Translations under genes and position numbers: made by a program
The notes under the pieces: model-generated
Told to the model about the DNA's origin: nothing
Seen by the model: the letters and a program-made list of their open reading frames with translations, nothing else
The model's database searches: none
In this document: positions 14,321-26,500 of the stretch, one piece after another
Layout of the letters: every line of letters starts with the position of its first letter
Numbering within the stretch: the stretch's first letter is position 1
Assembly (NCBI GenBank): GCA_028534125.1
Contig: CM052817.1
Coordinates: 70,248,001 to 70,312,000 of the forward strand
Source of the DNA: Lama glama
Taxonomy: Eukaryota
DNA: 64,000 bases
Reading direction: 5' to 3'

Positions 14321-14804
14321 CGCCTCGTTATCCTCTGCTTCCCCATGTCCAAGAGCAATTACGAAAAGGCACTGGAATATGGGGTTGAGCCATTGGAGAC
14401 AGAAACCTGAAGGTCAAGAGGAACTAGCAAGTCAGCCTGAGAGGGCAAGAGTGGGCATCGTGCTGAAAGCCGCCTGGGCCTGCCATGCAGCACCTGTATT
14501 TGAAGCAGAGACTAAGCAAGTGACTCAGTGGTGGCTGTGCCATCAGGTGGTTCTCACGAGGGATGGTCAGTGTGTCATTTGGAGACTCAGCATTGGAGCA
14601 TGAACTTTGCGGCAGGTCATCCAGTCCCCTGGGGAGGGGTTGGAGATAGGGAAGGGGGCAGGCCAAAAACTCACCCCTGGGGATGTGGAGTGTGACGTTG
14701 GACTCATTCATTAGAGAAAAAAGGCAGGAACCTAATTATTAGAGAATTTGGGATCCCCCCATGACAGAATTTCTGAGCCTACGAGTGAACTAGAACTTCT
14801 GAAT

Positions 14805-14838
14805 TCACACACACAAACACACACACACACACACACAC
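14805..14838. repeat. (CA)n microsatellite, imperfect
   Basis: The tract is directly visible, with one interruption. Confidence 0.95.
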
Positions 14839-14889
14839 TATGGAATGAGGGAGGTATGGCTTAATTATAATATGTAGAAAAAGAAGTGG

Positions 14890-15110
14890 GAATTTTCTTT
14901 GACTCATTATATGTCAACAGCGTGATGTGGCTACAAATCCTAGAGAACATTAGTATTACCAGAAGTATCCTAGCTAGATCTAGAGAGTATATAGCCCTGC
15001 TGGTCCTGCTTCATCAGGGTGCACGTTGACAGGTGAGTGATGATGGTGAGGTGACAGGAAACTGAACCATCTGGAAAAGTGTTGGAGGAGGTACAGAGGT
15101 TTAGAAGAGA
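14890..15110 (+). mobile_element. L3/CR1-like LINE relic
   Basis: 'atgtcaacagcgtgatgtggctacaaa...agaagtat...ctagatctagagagt' resembles the CR1/L3 RT 3' region, heavily decayed. Confidence 0.4.
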
Positions 15111-15111
15111 A

Positions 15112-15540
15112 TGTATCAGTCAGGGCTCATGGTTGCTAACAACAGAAACTGACTCTGGCTAACTTCATCAAAAAAGGAATTCTTTGGAAGGTTATTGACT
15201 TGTACCATCATCAGAAGACTGGTGAGTCTGGTGGGGGAAACACTCAAGAGCCAGGTGAGGCTGGCAGCAGAGGGCAGAGCCGTGGTAACACCACAAGAAC
15301 CATCTAGCCAGCGTGTCGCGCTGGCACCACCTCCACTCCTCACTGTGGCCGCTGCTGCCACAGTGGCCCTTCTCTCTTCCACAGATAGTCTTGGACTGTG
15401 CCTGCCTCTCCCCACCTCTCTCATATGAAAAATCCCGCTCAGCGCTTCTGGTTGGCTACATGACCGTGCGCTGGCTGTGTGCAGATGAGTAGAGGGAATG
15501 CCCAGTTCTCTTTGGCTTCCGTGATGGGAAGTAGGTCCCC
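15112..15540 (-). mobile_element. ERVL-MaLR LTR (old MLT1 J/K/L/N-like)
   Basis: Starts 'tgtatcagtcagggctc..ggttgctaacaacagaaactgactctggctaacttcatcaaaaaaggaattctttggaagg', the reverse complement of the MLT1 LTR 3' end. Confidence 0.7.
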
Positions 15541-17438
15541 ACCTCCCTCGAAAACTCACAAAATGGAGAAAAATTACAAAAGAAGAGGAGTTAGAGTCCA
15601 GGGCAGACATGGACAAATGAAAAAGCAAAACCAGCTAAAAAGCAGCGATCTGTGGTGACTTGTGTAAAACCCTGAGAAAACGATTGACAGATACATGCAA
15701 TTGTGAAGAAGATACTCATTTGTTCAAAACATGTTTCTAATGAAAAAACCTGGGCCAACATGATTGAGTTGCCTTCAGTCATAATGAGTTCTCCATTCCT
15801 GGCAGAATACAAGACAGGGTGGTGACCACTCGGTGAAAGTTTTCCTCTGTAATAATAAATTTCTAGTAATAAATCATCTAGTTACCAGTGTATTTCTTTC
15901 TAAATTATTCTGTCTACATTGTAAGGAGAATATTCGAGAAACTCTCCTGTGGATTTGACGTTTCCACTCTTAAACCCTAGGCCTTGAAACAACTCACATG
16001 TGCTTGGGTGCAAGTGTGGAAAAAGCTATGGATCCCTTGATATTTTCTAACAGATTTAGAGAATGGAGGTGGGGGAAGCAGAGAGTGAACATGTGTTTCC
16101 CGTCTCCCAGAAGTGTACGTCAGTCATCCACGCCAGGAATAGGCAGACTGGAGGTGTAGGAAGTTTCTGACTACTAAATTGGTCCCTAAAACCTCCAACC
16201 GGCTGGAAGTTAGATATGGGCCAGGGGTAGAGGAAAGGTATGATGGCCGGGGTAGACTTCCCACCCTCCCGCCACTTCCCACCCCAGGAGGGAGGCACTG
16301 AAGGCTAATTGCACCTGGCGCCCAGGGAGCGACATCTGGGGTCACTGGGGTTTGGCCGTTCCTCTGCCCGGTTCCTTTACTTTGTGCGCTTGGGTCAGTT
16401 TCTTCTCTGTTGCCCATAAATATTTACAGCTCCTCCATGCCCTTGCAAATTGGATTAATCTTAGCATATTTCTGGGACAGAGACGCTCCTGTCCAACCTC
16501 AGTCCTAAGGAATAGGCAGGAGTTCTTTTTTCCTTTATACTGAGTGAGCTCCAGGAGAGAGAGAGAGAGAAGGGAGGGAGAAACCAAAGAAGGGAAGGAG
16601 GAAGAGGGAAAACAAATATTGAAAAAATTTATAGGTAAGCTCAATGGCAAAGGAGATATGAGCTCAGTGTTTGGGGGGCAAACGAGGAGAACGGGGGTAC
16701 TGAAGGATGAAATCAGTACCCAGGTCAGGGAGTGAAGAGACTGGGTGAGTCCAGAAGTCTCAGTCCCCCAGCTCGATGTCCAGGGGCTGAAACCCTCTTC
16801 CCCAGGTAAGGGAAAGAAGGAATGCCTTGAAGTCCACAACATTCTGGAAGTGAAAGGACAGATAAAGGAGTTTCTGAGCAGGGCTATTAGTGTGGCTAAT
16901 TACCATAATCATTCAAGTTTTATTTAATTCATCATTTAAATTCATCTTCGGAAAAGGAATTTTAAAGCAGTTCAACTGCCAGGCGCTCCCCCTTCCTTGC
17001 AAATTTTAAACTGCCTGAGGTTTCAGTCTTTTCAGATATTCACCATTTTCTGTTCAGAAAAATGCCTTCCCTTGAAATGTTGACTGTTAAGAAAATTTAT
17101 CTTTTCCTTCAGTCTTCACAGGAACGCGGGCGATTAGCCACGGAGCCCTTCTCTGTCTGGCACCGGGCGGCAGCCGCCCAGCGACGCAGAGGCCATTTGA
17201 ATGGAACTGCAGAATAATCTCGGGAGAAAAAGCAAGCTCGCCCGAGTGGCGGCGGCCCATTGTGCCCAGTTAGACACACTGGGGAGAGCCTGGTTGGCGG
17301 CGGGAGGTGTGCTGTTAATGACAACGGTGGGGCAGTGGCTGCAGAGGTTAATGTCAGTCTACCGGATCCTTTGTAATTAGTAGTCCCTATACATCCTAAT
17401 TAAAGACCCCAAGTGTTTTTTTTAAATAAGTTTTTTTT

Positions 17439-17457
17439 GCAGCAGCAGCAGCAGCAG
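17439..17457. repeat. (GCA)6 trinucleotide repeat
   Basis: Directly visible after a poly-T run. Confidence 0.9.
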
Positions 17458-17549
17458 AAGACCTTTAAACCCTTGAAGTCTAAACATTATGGGAACCCCA
17501 ATATATAGAACAGATAATAATCTCTAAAATGTATACATTTTTCATGTAG

Positions 17550-17730
17550 TGCATTTTATATATTCATTAATTTAATCCTCATAACACCCTATAAAGAAAT
17601 ATTATTATCATCTCTATTTATGGATGGGGAAACTGAGGCACATAAAAGTAAGGTAACTTGGCCGAGATCACGTAGCTGGGAAATAGGAGGGCTGTGACTA
17701 GAACCCAGGCAGTCAGCCTCAGAACCCTCT
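17550..17730 (-). mobile_element. MIR SINE
   Basis: 'ttaatcctcataacaccctat...ggaaactgaggcac...gtaacttggccgagatcac...gaacccaggcagtc' is a well-preserved antisense MIR. Confidence 0.85.
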
Positions 17731-17849
17731 TAGCTTATGTGGGAGTGGAGGACTCTGGGCTCTGGCCTCACCCCTCTCTCTTCTGGCTCTACAAAATACC
17801 TTGGGCTCTCTAAAACACAGCTCAAAAAGCTATTCATAATAGTTCAGCT

Positions 17850-17920
17850 CTCTTCTCTTAGGGATGAAGAAAATGAAACCCAGAGAGGTAAAGTGACTTT
17901 CCTGAGATCTCACAATCAGC
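17850..17920 (-). mobile_element. MIR core fragment
   Basis: 'gatgaagaaaatgaaacccagagaggtaaagtgactttcctgagatctcaca'. Confidence 0.7.
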
Positions 17921-18199
17921 AAAAATGGGTCACTTACATCCTCTTCTTTAAGTTAAAGACTCACCAGTTTCTCTTCCGAAAGGCAAACTCTGTATTTTCT
18001 GTTGAGAAAAATGCCTGGAGGGTGTGTGAGGGTATCTTGAAGAGTGTTTAGATGGATGCAGGAACCTGATAAATGTCAAAATGATCAAAGCGCAGCTTGG
18101 GGGAAAACCCAAATTAACTAAATAATGTCTTTCACTTCCTCCTCCTTCTTACATGAAGCTCAGGATAAGCTGAGGGCAAGTGAGACCCAAGTCATAAAC

Positions 18200-18350
18200 C
18201 GTCATTCATTTACTCAACAAATAATGATTGAGAACCTACTGTGTGTCATGAACTGATCACATGCAGACACATCCCATGTGTCACATACTAGGTGTGGGGA
18301 CACAGTGGAGAGTAAGTCAGGTTCCTGCCCTCTTAGAGCTCACACTCCAG
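18200..18350 (-). mobile_element. L2 3' end
   Basis: 'tcattcatttactcaacaaataatgattgagaacctactgtgtg...ggggacacagtg...cctgccctcttagagctcacactccag'. Confidence 0.75.
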
Positions 18351-18919
18351 GATCGGTGGGAGGACCAATTAGCTTCACATAGATATGGTCTTGAGAGGGC
18401 TTAGAGCTGCCTGGTGGCTGTGGCCCTTTGCCATCGGAAGACCAAGTGAGAAGACGGATGGCCTAGAACAAAGTCGTCACTGTTTTGAGATGTTCTTGTC
18501 TTCCTCGTGGTGAACATTAGGGGACTTGTTTATAAGACTTTACCTTAATTTAAAACCCTGTGCTTCACTTCATATTTGTGTAGTGAGTACGTGGGATGTG
18601 TTTTATTTCTATGGAAACATACAGTAATCTTTCAGGAATTGATAGCATCTTCTTCTGTCCATTAACTCTCCAGGCAATGGTCTATTACCATTGATGGAAA
18701 ATACAATACTTTACAATTTTCAGATCATTTCTAGAGCTTGCTGGTATATACATGTATATTTTTTTAATTGAAGTATAGTCCTGAGCATGTATCTAGAGCT
18801 TGCTGATAACAGAAAGTTTAGTAACAGAATGGTAATTAATAATGTTACATTTTTATGTGGACTAAATGATAATATATGTAACTGTGCAATCATTCAACAA
18901 ATATTTATTGAGTGATTCT

Positions 18920-19410
18920 TTGTTAATTTGGAAGCTTTCGATTGCAAATAACTGAAGTTCAAGGTGGCTTAAGCAATAAACATAATTTGTTGGATTACGT
19001 AACTGGAAAAATTCAGGGTTATTTCAAGCTTCAGAATGACAGAATCAGGGCTCTGTTTCTTTAAACTTCTCTCAGCCCTGGCTCTCCTCTGGGTACTGCC
19101 TTTATCCTCAGGCTAGTGTTTCTCCTAGTAGAAAAATGGCTCTTTACTTCAAGGCAGGCTGTGTACATATCTGCACTCCACTCTGGAGTGAGAAACAAAT
19201 TCTCTCCTAATCAGCAAAGTTCTGGGCGTCACTCCTATTGGACCAACTTGGGTCATGTGCCTTCTTTAGACTGATCATTGTGGCTAGGGAACTGGGATTA
19301 CACTGATTGGTCTAGGCTATTTAGGGTCCACCCCTGGGGTTGGAGAAGAGATAGACAATCCCATACAAACTACACAGCCACTACTCAATGGGGGAGAAAT
19401 GCATTCGGGG
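18920..19410 (-). mobile_element. ERVL-MaLR LTR (MLT1K/J-like) nested in an L2 3' end
   Basis: 'gattgcaaataactgaa...ggcttaagcaataaa...tttgttggattacgtaactggaaaa...attggaccaacttgggtcatgtgcc...gattggtctaggct'. Flanked by antisense L2 halves at 18885-18920 and ~19440-19490. Confidence 0.75.
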
Positions 19411-22400
19411 AAGCAACTCAATTCTGCTTTAACCTACTGTTTTCCATATGCTGTGCAAGGCTGTGAAGGTATCGCTGTGAACAAGCTGGTCTAGCCAAAC
19501 ACTCATACGCAGATCTTTAAAACATTCATAGCGCAACTTTGCGATTCTTAGAATATGAGGTGGGGCAAAACTCCAAATTGCTGTTCTCGTATTTCTAGAC
19601 TGATTTCCTGCTATGCAGTCTAGGAGTTAGCTGGCTTGTTCACTTACACGCCCAGCAAGTAGATTTTGTGTCTGAGACCCAGAATTAGAGGTAGCACAAC
19701 CAGTATGTTCACTATGAGGATTTAACAAGCTTCCTATTTGATTCTGCTTTAGATTTTCCGTTGGAGACAATAAGCGCCCCTAGTGGAAATAATATATTTA
19801 AATATTTAGGTAAGTCAAGTTAAACCGTTGATCTAAATGATTGCTTTGTGTGTTAAACCCAAGTCCTAACCAAGCTGGTACACAGCAACAAGGAGAACAC
19901 ACTGCCGTGTGGCCATTTCCACAGCTGTCTGGAAATTTTCTCTGTAACAAGCTGTGTCTGCAGGGTCACCTGGCAGCCTGCACGTGTGACACTATGGTCA
20001 CTAGTGGGTCTGCCGTGACATTAAGGATGGAAGTGATGAGAGCTAACAGGCATCCTGAAAATTCTGTTCCTCTTGAGTACCTGGGGGTATGCAAGCTCTA
20101 CCTTCATACCTTCTATTCAATAGGAACAAATTATATACTTCACTGAAGCATGCTGTTTCCCTGAGAACCTTTAAATTGCTGTCTGAGTAACACTCATGAG
20201 CTGCGTTTTCTAGATTTCTAAATTAAAAATGCTGCAGCATAAACAGTGATCTTTGTCTCAGTCACAGTCTTAGCAAGGACTGACAGAGAAGAAAGCACTT
20301 GAAGTTTGATGCCCTAGGGTGATAATAACAAACCTTATTCAACAAAGCTCAATAAAATTCAGTCCCCCGCCTTTAGCCTATTACTATTACCACTATTGTC
20401 ACTATCACAATGACTATTTCTGCCATGATGCACACAGATTGTTCATCACCTTATTTTGAGATTCTTGGCCAACTTTGGGAGAACTGTAAAGATGTGAAAA
20501 ATTAGATATTGAAGTTGAAAGAAAAGAATAAAGGTTATGCCATGTACAATTCATTAAAGTTAGCTTAGAGCAAATTGTGCATTCTTCCAATGGATCATAA
20601 TTATAAAAGAGGTACTTTGGTACCATGTTTTATCGTGTTTGCTACAACATTGGGAGTGGGTAATAATGGGCCTCAGATGACTCAATGAGCTACAAGGACA
20701 AATCTTTTTACAGAGGAGGACAGGGCATATTTCACTGCTTAGGGTCAGCTCTCATAATCCTCCTAGTTAAGAGAACTATGGATGCCCTCAAAGCCACAAA
20801 GGGACGGCATTCTGCCTATTAAATGTGCTTCTGCATTAATCCAGAAATTCTTTGTTGATAACCAAATGCATAGCAACCACATTTAAATTTCAGAACATTA
20901 CAATTAGATATATTTGAATAAAGAAGAAAAACAGGGAACCCAAAGCTATTAAGTGGAGCTTTTAAAGTCATGGCCAGGTGCTATTTCAAAACAAACATGT
21001 CAATTCTGTCCCAGTTAAAGAAGATAGAATCCTCCAGTCTCTTCGAGAGTTGTACTTGGAATACAAAATGGGAATTTTGTTTAGGGTTTTTCGGGTGTGA
21101 TGTTTTTAAAAATTTTTGCAAAGAATATTTTCAATGCAATTGCTTTTGAACAGGGCAGCAGGGGAAGCCAAGGTAGGTTAACAGATCAACCAGAGAAAAT
21201 TCAAGAGGGTCCTTTGCAGGGTGAGAGGGCGTCTGTGGCTTTGCCATGTGGTTGTGTGGCTCCAGCAAGTTGCTTTGCCTGTTTTGCAGGGGTTTGTGGT
21301 GAATTCGCTGACACTTAGGTGGCTGGCTGCAGGCTGAGGATGGCTCTTTGGCGGGCTCAGCCAGCTTGGCATACTCTCAGCTCTGGGAAGTCCACGCTGT
21401 TTTACAAAGAGCAGGTGGGCGAGAAAGCTCAACACTGCAGGGCACATCGCGCAGCTGTGAGAGGTGGAATTCCCCTCAAAAGGATCGGCACTGCTTTGAA
21501 AATAAATTCATCATTAAAATAGAAGGATTTCTGAAGCCATAGACGAACACAGGGCTTGATTGGTTTCAAATTAACTCTTTGTACTCATCTTTCATTCATC
21601 CTTGAAGAGAATGTCTCTGCTTTTTCCAGGGAGGTAACACAAATAATCCTTGACATCTTTTCAAGGAGGAGAGTGAAATGTTGGAGCACTTATGCCGCGG
21701 CGGCATCTGCTTTCCATTCCCCCAGCATCTTGCGGCTCTAATGCGTGGCAGGGAGGGACCCTGGCTGCAAGTCAGGCTCTCTGTTTTGCTTCATGTTCAG
21801 GACTTAAGAGGGCTGCGCTTCTCCCTGGAAGACTGGGGCAGGAGAGGGGGTCTCTGCTTATTCTGAAGGCTAGATGGTCGCTCTTCTTCCCCCCTCCTTT
21901 CCCTTTCTTCCCCTCTTTCTGAGTCTGTGCTCTTCCTTGGGGGGGGGGACCTCCCCTTCACTCTCCCCGTCCCTGGGAGTTAAGAATGGCCTTGCTTCTG
22001 TTCTTCTTGTTACTAATTTAAAGCCTTCCCTCTCCTTTGTGGAAATATCTGATAACACCGCTTTCTCTGAGGGAGACTATTTGTATATCTTTCGTCCACG
22101 AATCCCATAAACAATTAAATGCAGAGCAGGAGCCTGTGGAAACCTCTCTGGCTACTTAAGTGAAGTTTCCTAATCCTTTTCTGCAGCGACCCAGACCCGA
22201 GCTCTGGGGCCCATTCATCTGCTGTTGCTCCTCGAGCACTTTGATCTCAGGCCTTCATTACAGCTCATTTCAGCATTAAGGATGATCTGAATTCATGAGC
22301 TCTTCCCTTACTAATAAGTGCCATTCATATCCATCCTCAGGAGCGACCACAGCTCATGGAAAACTGGTTCAAACCACACGCAAGAGAATAATGGACTAGC

Positions 22401-23179
22401 TTCAAACACAAGTGAAAAACGGGGGTTTTATTAGCCGAATGAACCTTTGAATGAGATGCTTCATTAAACAAAGAAGTCTCGTTTTCAGGGCGCTGTTAAA
22501 TCCACCAATTGCCACTCTGAGATTAGTAAGTGTGATTATTTCATTTTTTTTCAGGTGGAACTCCTGAGGGAGAGAAGAGACTGAATATGCCCACTGCACC
22601 CCAGGCAGGGCTAGATAGAGTTAGTCTGGGGTTTATCTGGCTCTATAGATTTTAAACTATCGACGCTTTGACATGTGTTTCCTGTTTGATTATCTAGAGT
22701 GAAGTTGACACTCCTAAAAAGAACCTACTCATTTTTTTCATTTCCTTTAAAAAAAAAGAAAGAAATTTAATTTGGATTCAGCTAATACCCTTATAACTTC
22801 TAAAGCTATCAGTCAAGCAGAAAAAGGAGCAAATTGTTGGAAGATGATGGGAGCCACACGGCCGAGTGGAGGAAAAGACAGGCACACAGTCAGGCGGCAA
22901 AAGCCACCAGCTAATCCATTAACCGCCTTTGCTATAATTGGGTTTCGCTCTGGCTTTAAACAGGTGAAAGCACAAAGGACACACTATTGAAGTCTCAGTG
23001 CCGCAGAAGACAGTTCATCCCGTGCAACAGCCAGTAGTGTGCACAGAGGGGGAGCCTCAGTGAGCGCTATGCAAGTTTTAACTTAGCACTTAGTAGGAGC
23101 TTCCAGCAGCATTGCAGAAACATTGGGGAAAGAGTAGCCGGCAGTCCTTTTAAAGTCCTTTAAAGCCTAAATTGCACTC

Positions 23180-23410
23180 CTTGCTCCTGCTCTATTGGTT
23201 CATTTTCTCCCCGCCTCCCAGCCTTGGGACCCTTGGCCGCGCCCCTCCCCGGCCCGTCCCTCCCTGCAGACCGTCAGGAAAGGTGACTGGGGGAGGACCC
23301 TGGCCCACTCTCCCGCCTTTGCCGAGAGGGGCGGTGCGGGGGCGAGTGTGCCCAGCCGAGGACCGAAGGCCCCCCGCAGTGGCCTCGCAGATTTCCGAGG
23401 GGAAGCTCTT
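23180..23410. promoter_or_regulatory. GC/CpG-rich promoter- or enhancer-like element
   Basis: Inverted CCAAT (attgg, ~23194), GC boxes (ccccgcctcc ~23208, ctcccgcc, ggggcggtgcgggggcg ~23327-23343) and raised CpG within repeat-free DNA. Confidence 0.4.
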
Positions 23411-24479
23411 CACCCTCTCTCCAGGGGCCCTCAGAGTTCACAATGTCTGGTCCCCACGCATCACCTTCACTCCTGTCAATACACTGGCGAGAGGGCTAAA
23501 ATTAAAATTAATGGCAGGAAGAGGAGCTTAAGAGATCCCCCTCACTGAGCCTTTCAATTAAGGCTACTGATTAGATCTTAGATCTCCTTACCACATTAAA
23601 AAAGGACTAAGGGTTCGCTCATGTGAGCGGTTGTTTCTTTTTGTTTTTTCTGCCCCACCCCCTTTGGCCCAGCCCGATGTTTTTAATTTTGCTGCCGCTG
23701 GAGCAGACGGGAGCATCCTAGATGCCCCTTCTCGTCTGGGCCACGAAACCAGGTGATCACAGTCAGGCCCGCCCTGACAGAACCATCCCGGCTACAGCTC
23801 CCTCTCACTTCCTGCCCCGGGAAGACCTCACAGCCAGCTGGATCAAGATTTCCTCGTCTTGGTTGTACTATTAAAGGTGTAAACAGTTTTTCTTTTTACA
23901 ACTGGTTCAAAAGAGAGAATATCAAGACATTTGTGTATCTTTCATGACAGTCACTAGAAGAAACTGTTATTTCTCTCTCTCTGTGTGTAAGTCTTGTAAT
24001 GAGACTTCTTTGCTTGCCGCGACATTATCTGGCTAAGTTCAAGTGCCTGGGGTCTTTGGAGGGCAGATGTGTTAGAAATAGGATTGTCGCTGGGCCCAAA
24101 TGTCAGACCAATACTGTGGAGCATCGGTAGCGAATCTGACCCCCAAGGAAAAGTCAGGGTTAATAATCTAGTTTGTTAGCACTCACTCCAGGACCTGAAT
24201 GCTTTGGTTTGATTCCACACAGTTTGTATTCATGAAAAATTACCAGAACTCTTCTATTTTTGCTATGTAGACCTGTTACACTACACCTGAATAGTTAACT
24301 GTTTAAATTGTTAAACCCCAGTGGGCTAAGAGGTCTTAGGAGCAAAGAACGAGTAAGCCCTGGCCTGTGTAACTCGGGATGCTGTTAGGCCAGCAGAAAT
24401 TAGAAGGACTGTTTTTTTTTTTTTTCCCAGCTGCTTCTCATTCCACCATATATAAAGAGACGATCACAATTTGCCATTC

Positions 24480-24880
24480 ATTTCCTCGTCTTCTTTTGAC
24501 TTTTATGTGCCAGATATACTCAGTTCAGCATGTAAGGTGGGCAAGTATTATTATTTCAGAGACCAGGCAGCTGAAACACAGAGAGAATCAGCTTAGCCAG
24601 GGTTGTATAAGTGAACTCATATCTGGGGCCTCCTGACCACCAGCCCTAAGAAAATAGTCTTGGGAGGCCCTGGAGTCAGGATCTTCACTTAAAATGGGGT
24701 TTTCACATTCTTAAAAACACAGGCCAGTCATTGCAGCTCTCTGAGCCTCAGTTTCCTCATCTGTGAAAAGGGGGTGTGGCAGAACTACTTCATAGGACTG
24801 TTGTTGTAATAACAGGTTAAAAGAGGAAAGTGTGTGAACTTTTTAGAACAGGGTTGGTCTAATGCGTAGTGAACACCCAG
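24480..24880. mobile_element. Two MIR fragments (- at ~24480-24640, + at ~24740-24880)
   Basis: 'ctctctgagcctcagtttcctcatctgtgaaaagggg' is the MIR core (+). The upstream 'attattatttcagagaccaggcagctgaaacacagagag' is antisense MIR. Confidence 0.7.
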
Positions 24881-26189
24881 TAATATACTTGTGTTACTAC
24901 CATTAATGAGGAAACCAACGAGCAGCACTGCTGAGGGATTTCCAAAAAGAAGCCGCACAATTAGAGACAGAGCGAGAACCATAGCCAAAGCCATGTTTGT
25001 GTGGTTTTTGGTATGGTTGTTTGTTTTGTTTTTTTGGTAGCTTTTGCGCCCATTCCTCAGTGAGAGCTCTTATTTCTTTTCCAAATACAAGAGTGAATTT
25101 CCTCTGAGCATTGTTGCTATTCATTTGGTCAGAGTCCTAAGAATATACATATTTTAAAGCAGGATTAGCTTGCAGAAGCAGCCAAATGGAGAGCTGGTAG
25201 GAGGATTCATCCTAATACTGATGCAAACATAAATTTTAACACGGCTGAATGCATCAAAGTACAAGGGCTCTGTTTAGTTGGGTACCAAGTGGTTCCAGCA
25301 AGTATTTTTCCTCAGGGGCACCCAGGCTGATGCAACTTCAGTGGCTCTAAAAGGCTATACCATTTGGAAATGAGTGAGCAGTCAGATTTGCCAACGAACA
25401 TGCCTGCAATTCTAAATCCGTCATTCCAGCAGTGCTCGTAAAACAAGGTCCAGATTTATTTTCCACTTGGTGTTTGTTCTGCTCATTAATTATATTCATA
25501 TCTGCTTCTTTGAAGTTATTGAGACTATTGGGAAATGTAAAAGAAAGCTGTATTGATTTCCGTCTTAATATCATTCCACCTTTCTTTCCTTCATCTACGA
25601 GCTCTCCGGCACGTTGACTGACATGTGGCGGCGGGTGTAGTGTGTCGGGCACGGAGTAGGGCATTATCAACAGAGCCCAGGCTCTCCAGATCTGCAGTCT
25701 CTTTGGTGAGAGGGTTTAGATTTAGAACGTCTGGATTGTATTCTATGAAAATCTCCACAGCCTTTCCTTTCAAAATCAATTTCAGTTGTCAAAAAAAGGG
25801 CGGGGTGGGGAGGGGGGAGTGATGGTGAGTCACTTTGAAATCATATAGCTTATTATTATTATCATCATTTTTTAAAAGCTTATTGCTATAGTTTTTCTCC
25901 CAGGGGAGCTGAGTTGATTTATAACCCCACCTTCCTTATCTCAACATGTGGCTGAGTTCAGAAGGGAATTAAAATTGGAGGATTTTTTTTCCCTCCAGGA
26001 AAAACTGATAGAACCTACCCCAACCTCATTTTCAAGTTGAGCAGGAACATTTTTAGGCCCTTGAATTGACTTCAAAAAATGCATATACAGCAACTAAGAT
26101 CATGCCTCTCCCCAAATTTGCATACTTGCCCTGAGCACCTTATAAGTGAGACCTACCTGGGGACAGTCTTCACCACTGCAGTATATGCT

Positions 26190-26500
26190 GGGTCCAGTGG
26201 AACTTCTCTGAGGCCAAGGATCCTCACCTGCTTTGTTCATTGTTGTACCCTAAGTCCCTAGAGCCATGCCTGGCTCATAGTAGGTGCTCAGTAAATATTT
26301 GTGATGTAGGTGAATGAACAGGGAAGTAACAGAGAGTGAGAGCTAGGAGCCAGGGCTTTGGGGCCAGAGAGACAGACCTGGGTTCTAACGGTAACCTTGC
26401 ACTCATGAGCCTGGTGACGTGGCTTAGCCTGCTTGGCTGCAGCTTCGCCATCTGTAAAATGGGTGTAAGGACAGTGCCTACTGCTTCAGATTGTAGGGAG
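26190..26500 (+). mobile_element. L2 3' end followed by MIR
   Basis: 'cctggctcatagtaggtgctcagtaaatatttgtga...tgaatgaa' (L2), then 'agacctgggttctaac...catctgtaaaatggg' (MIR). Confidence 0.8.

Noticed and set aside
15116..15628. 170-aa ORF on the - strand
   Set aside because: Lies within a decayed MLT1 LTR.
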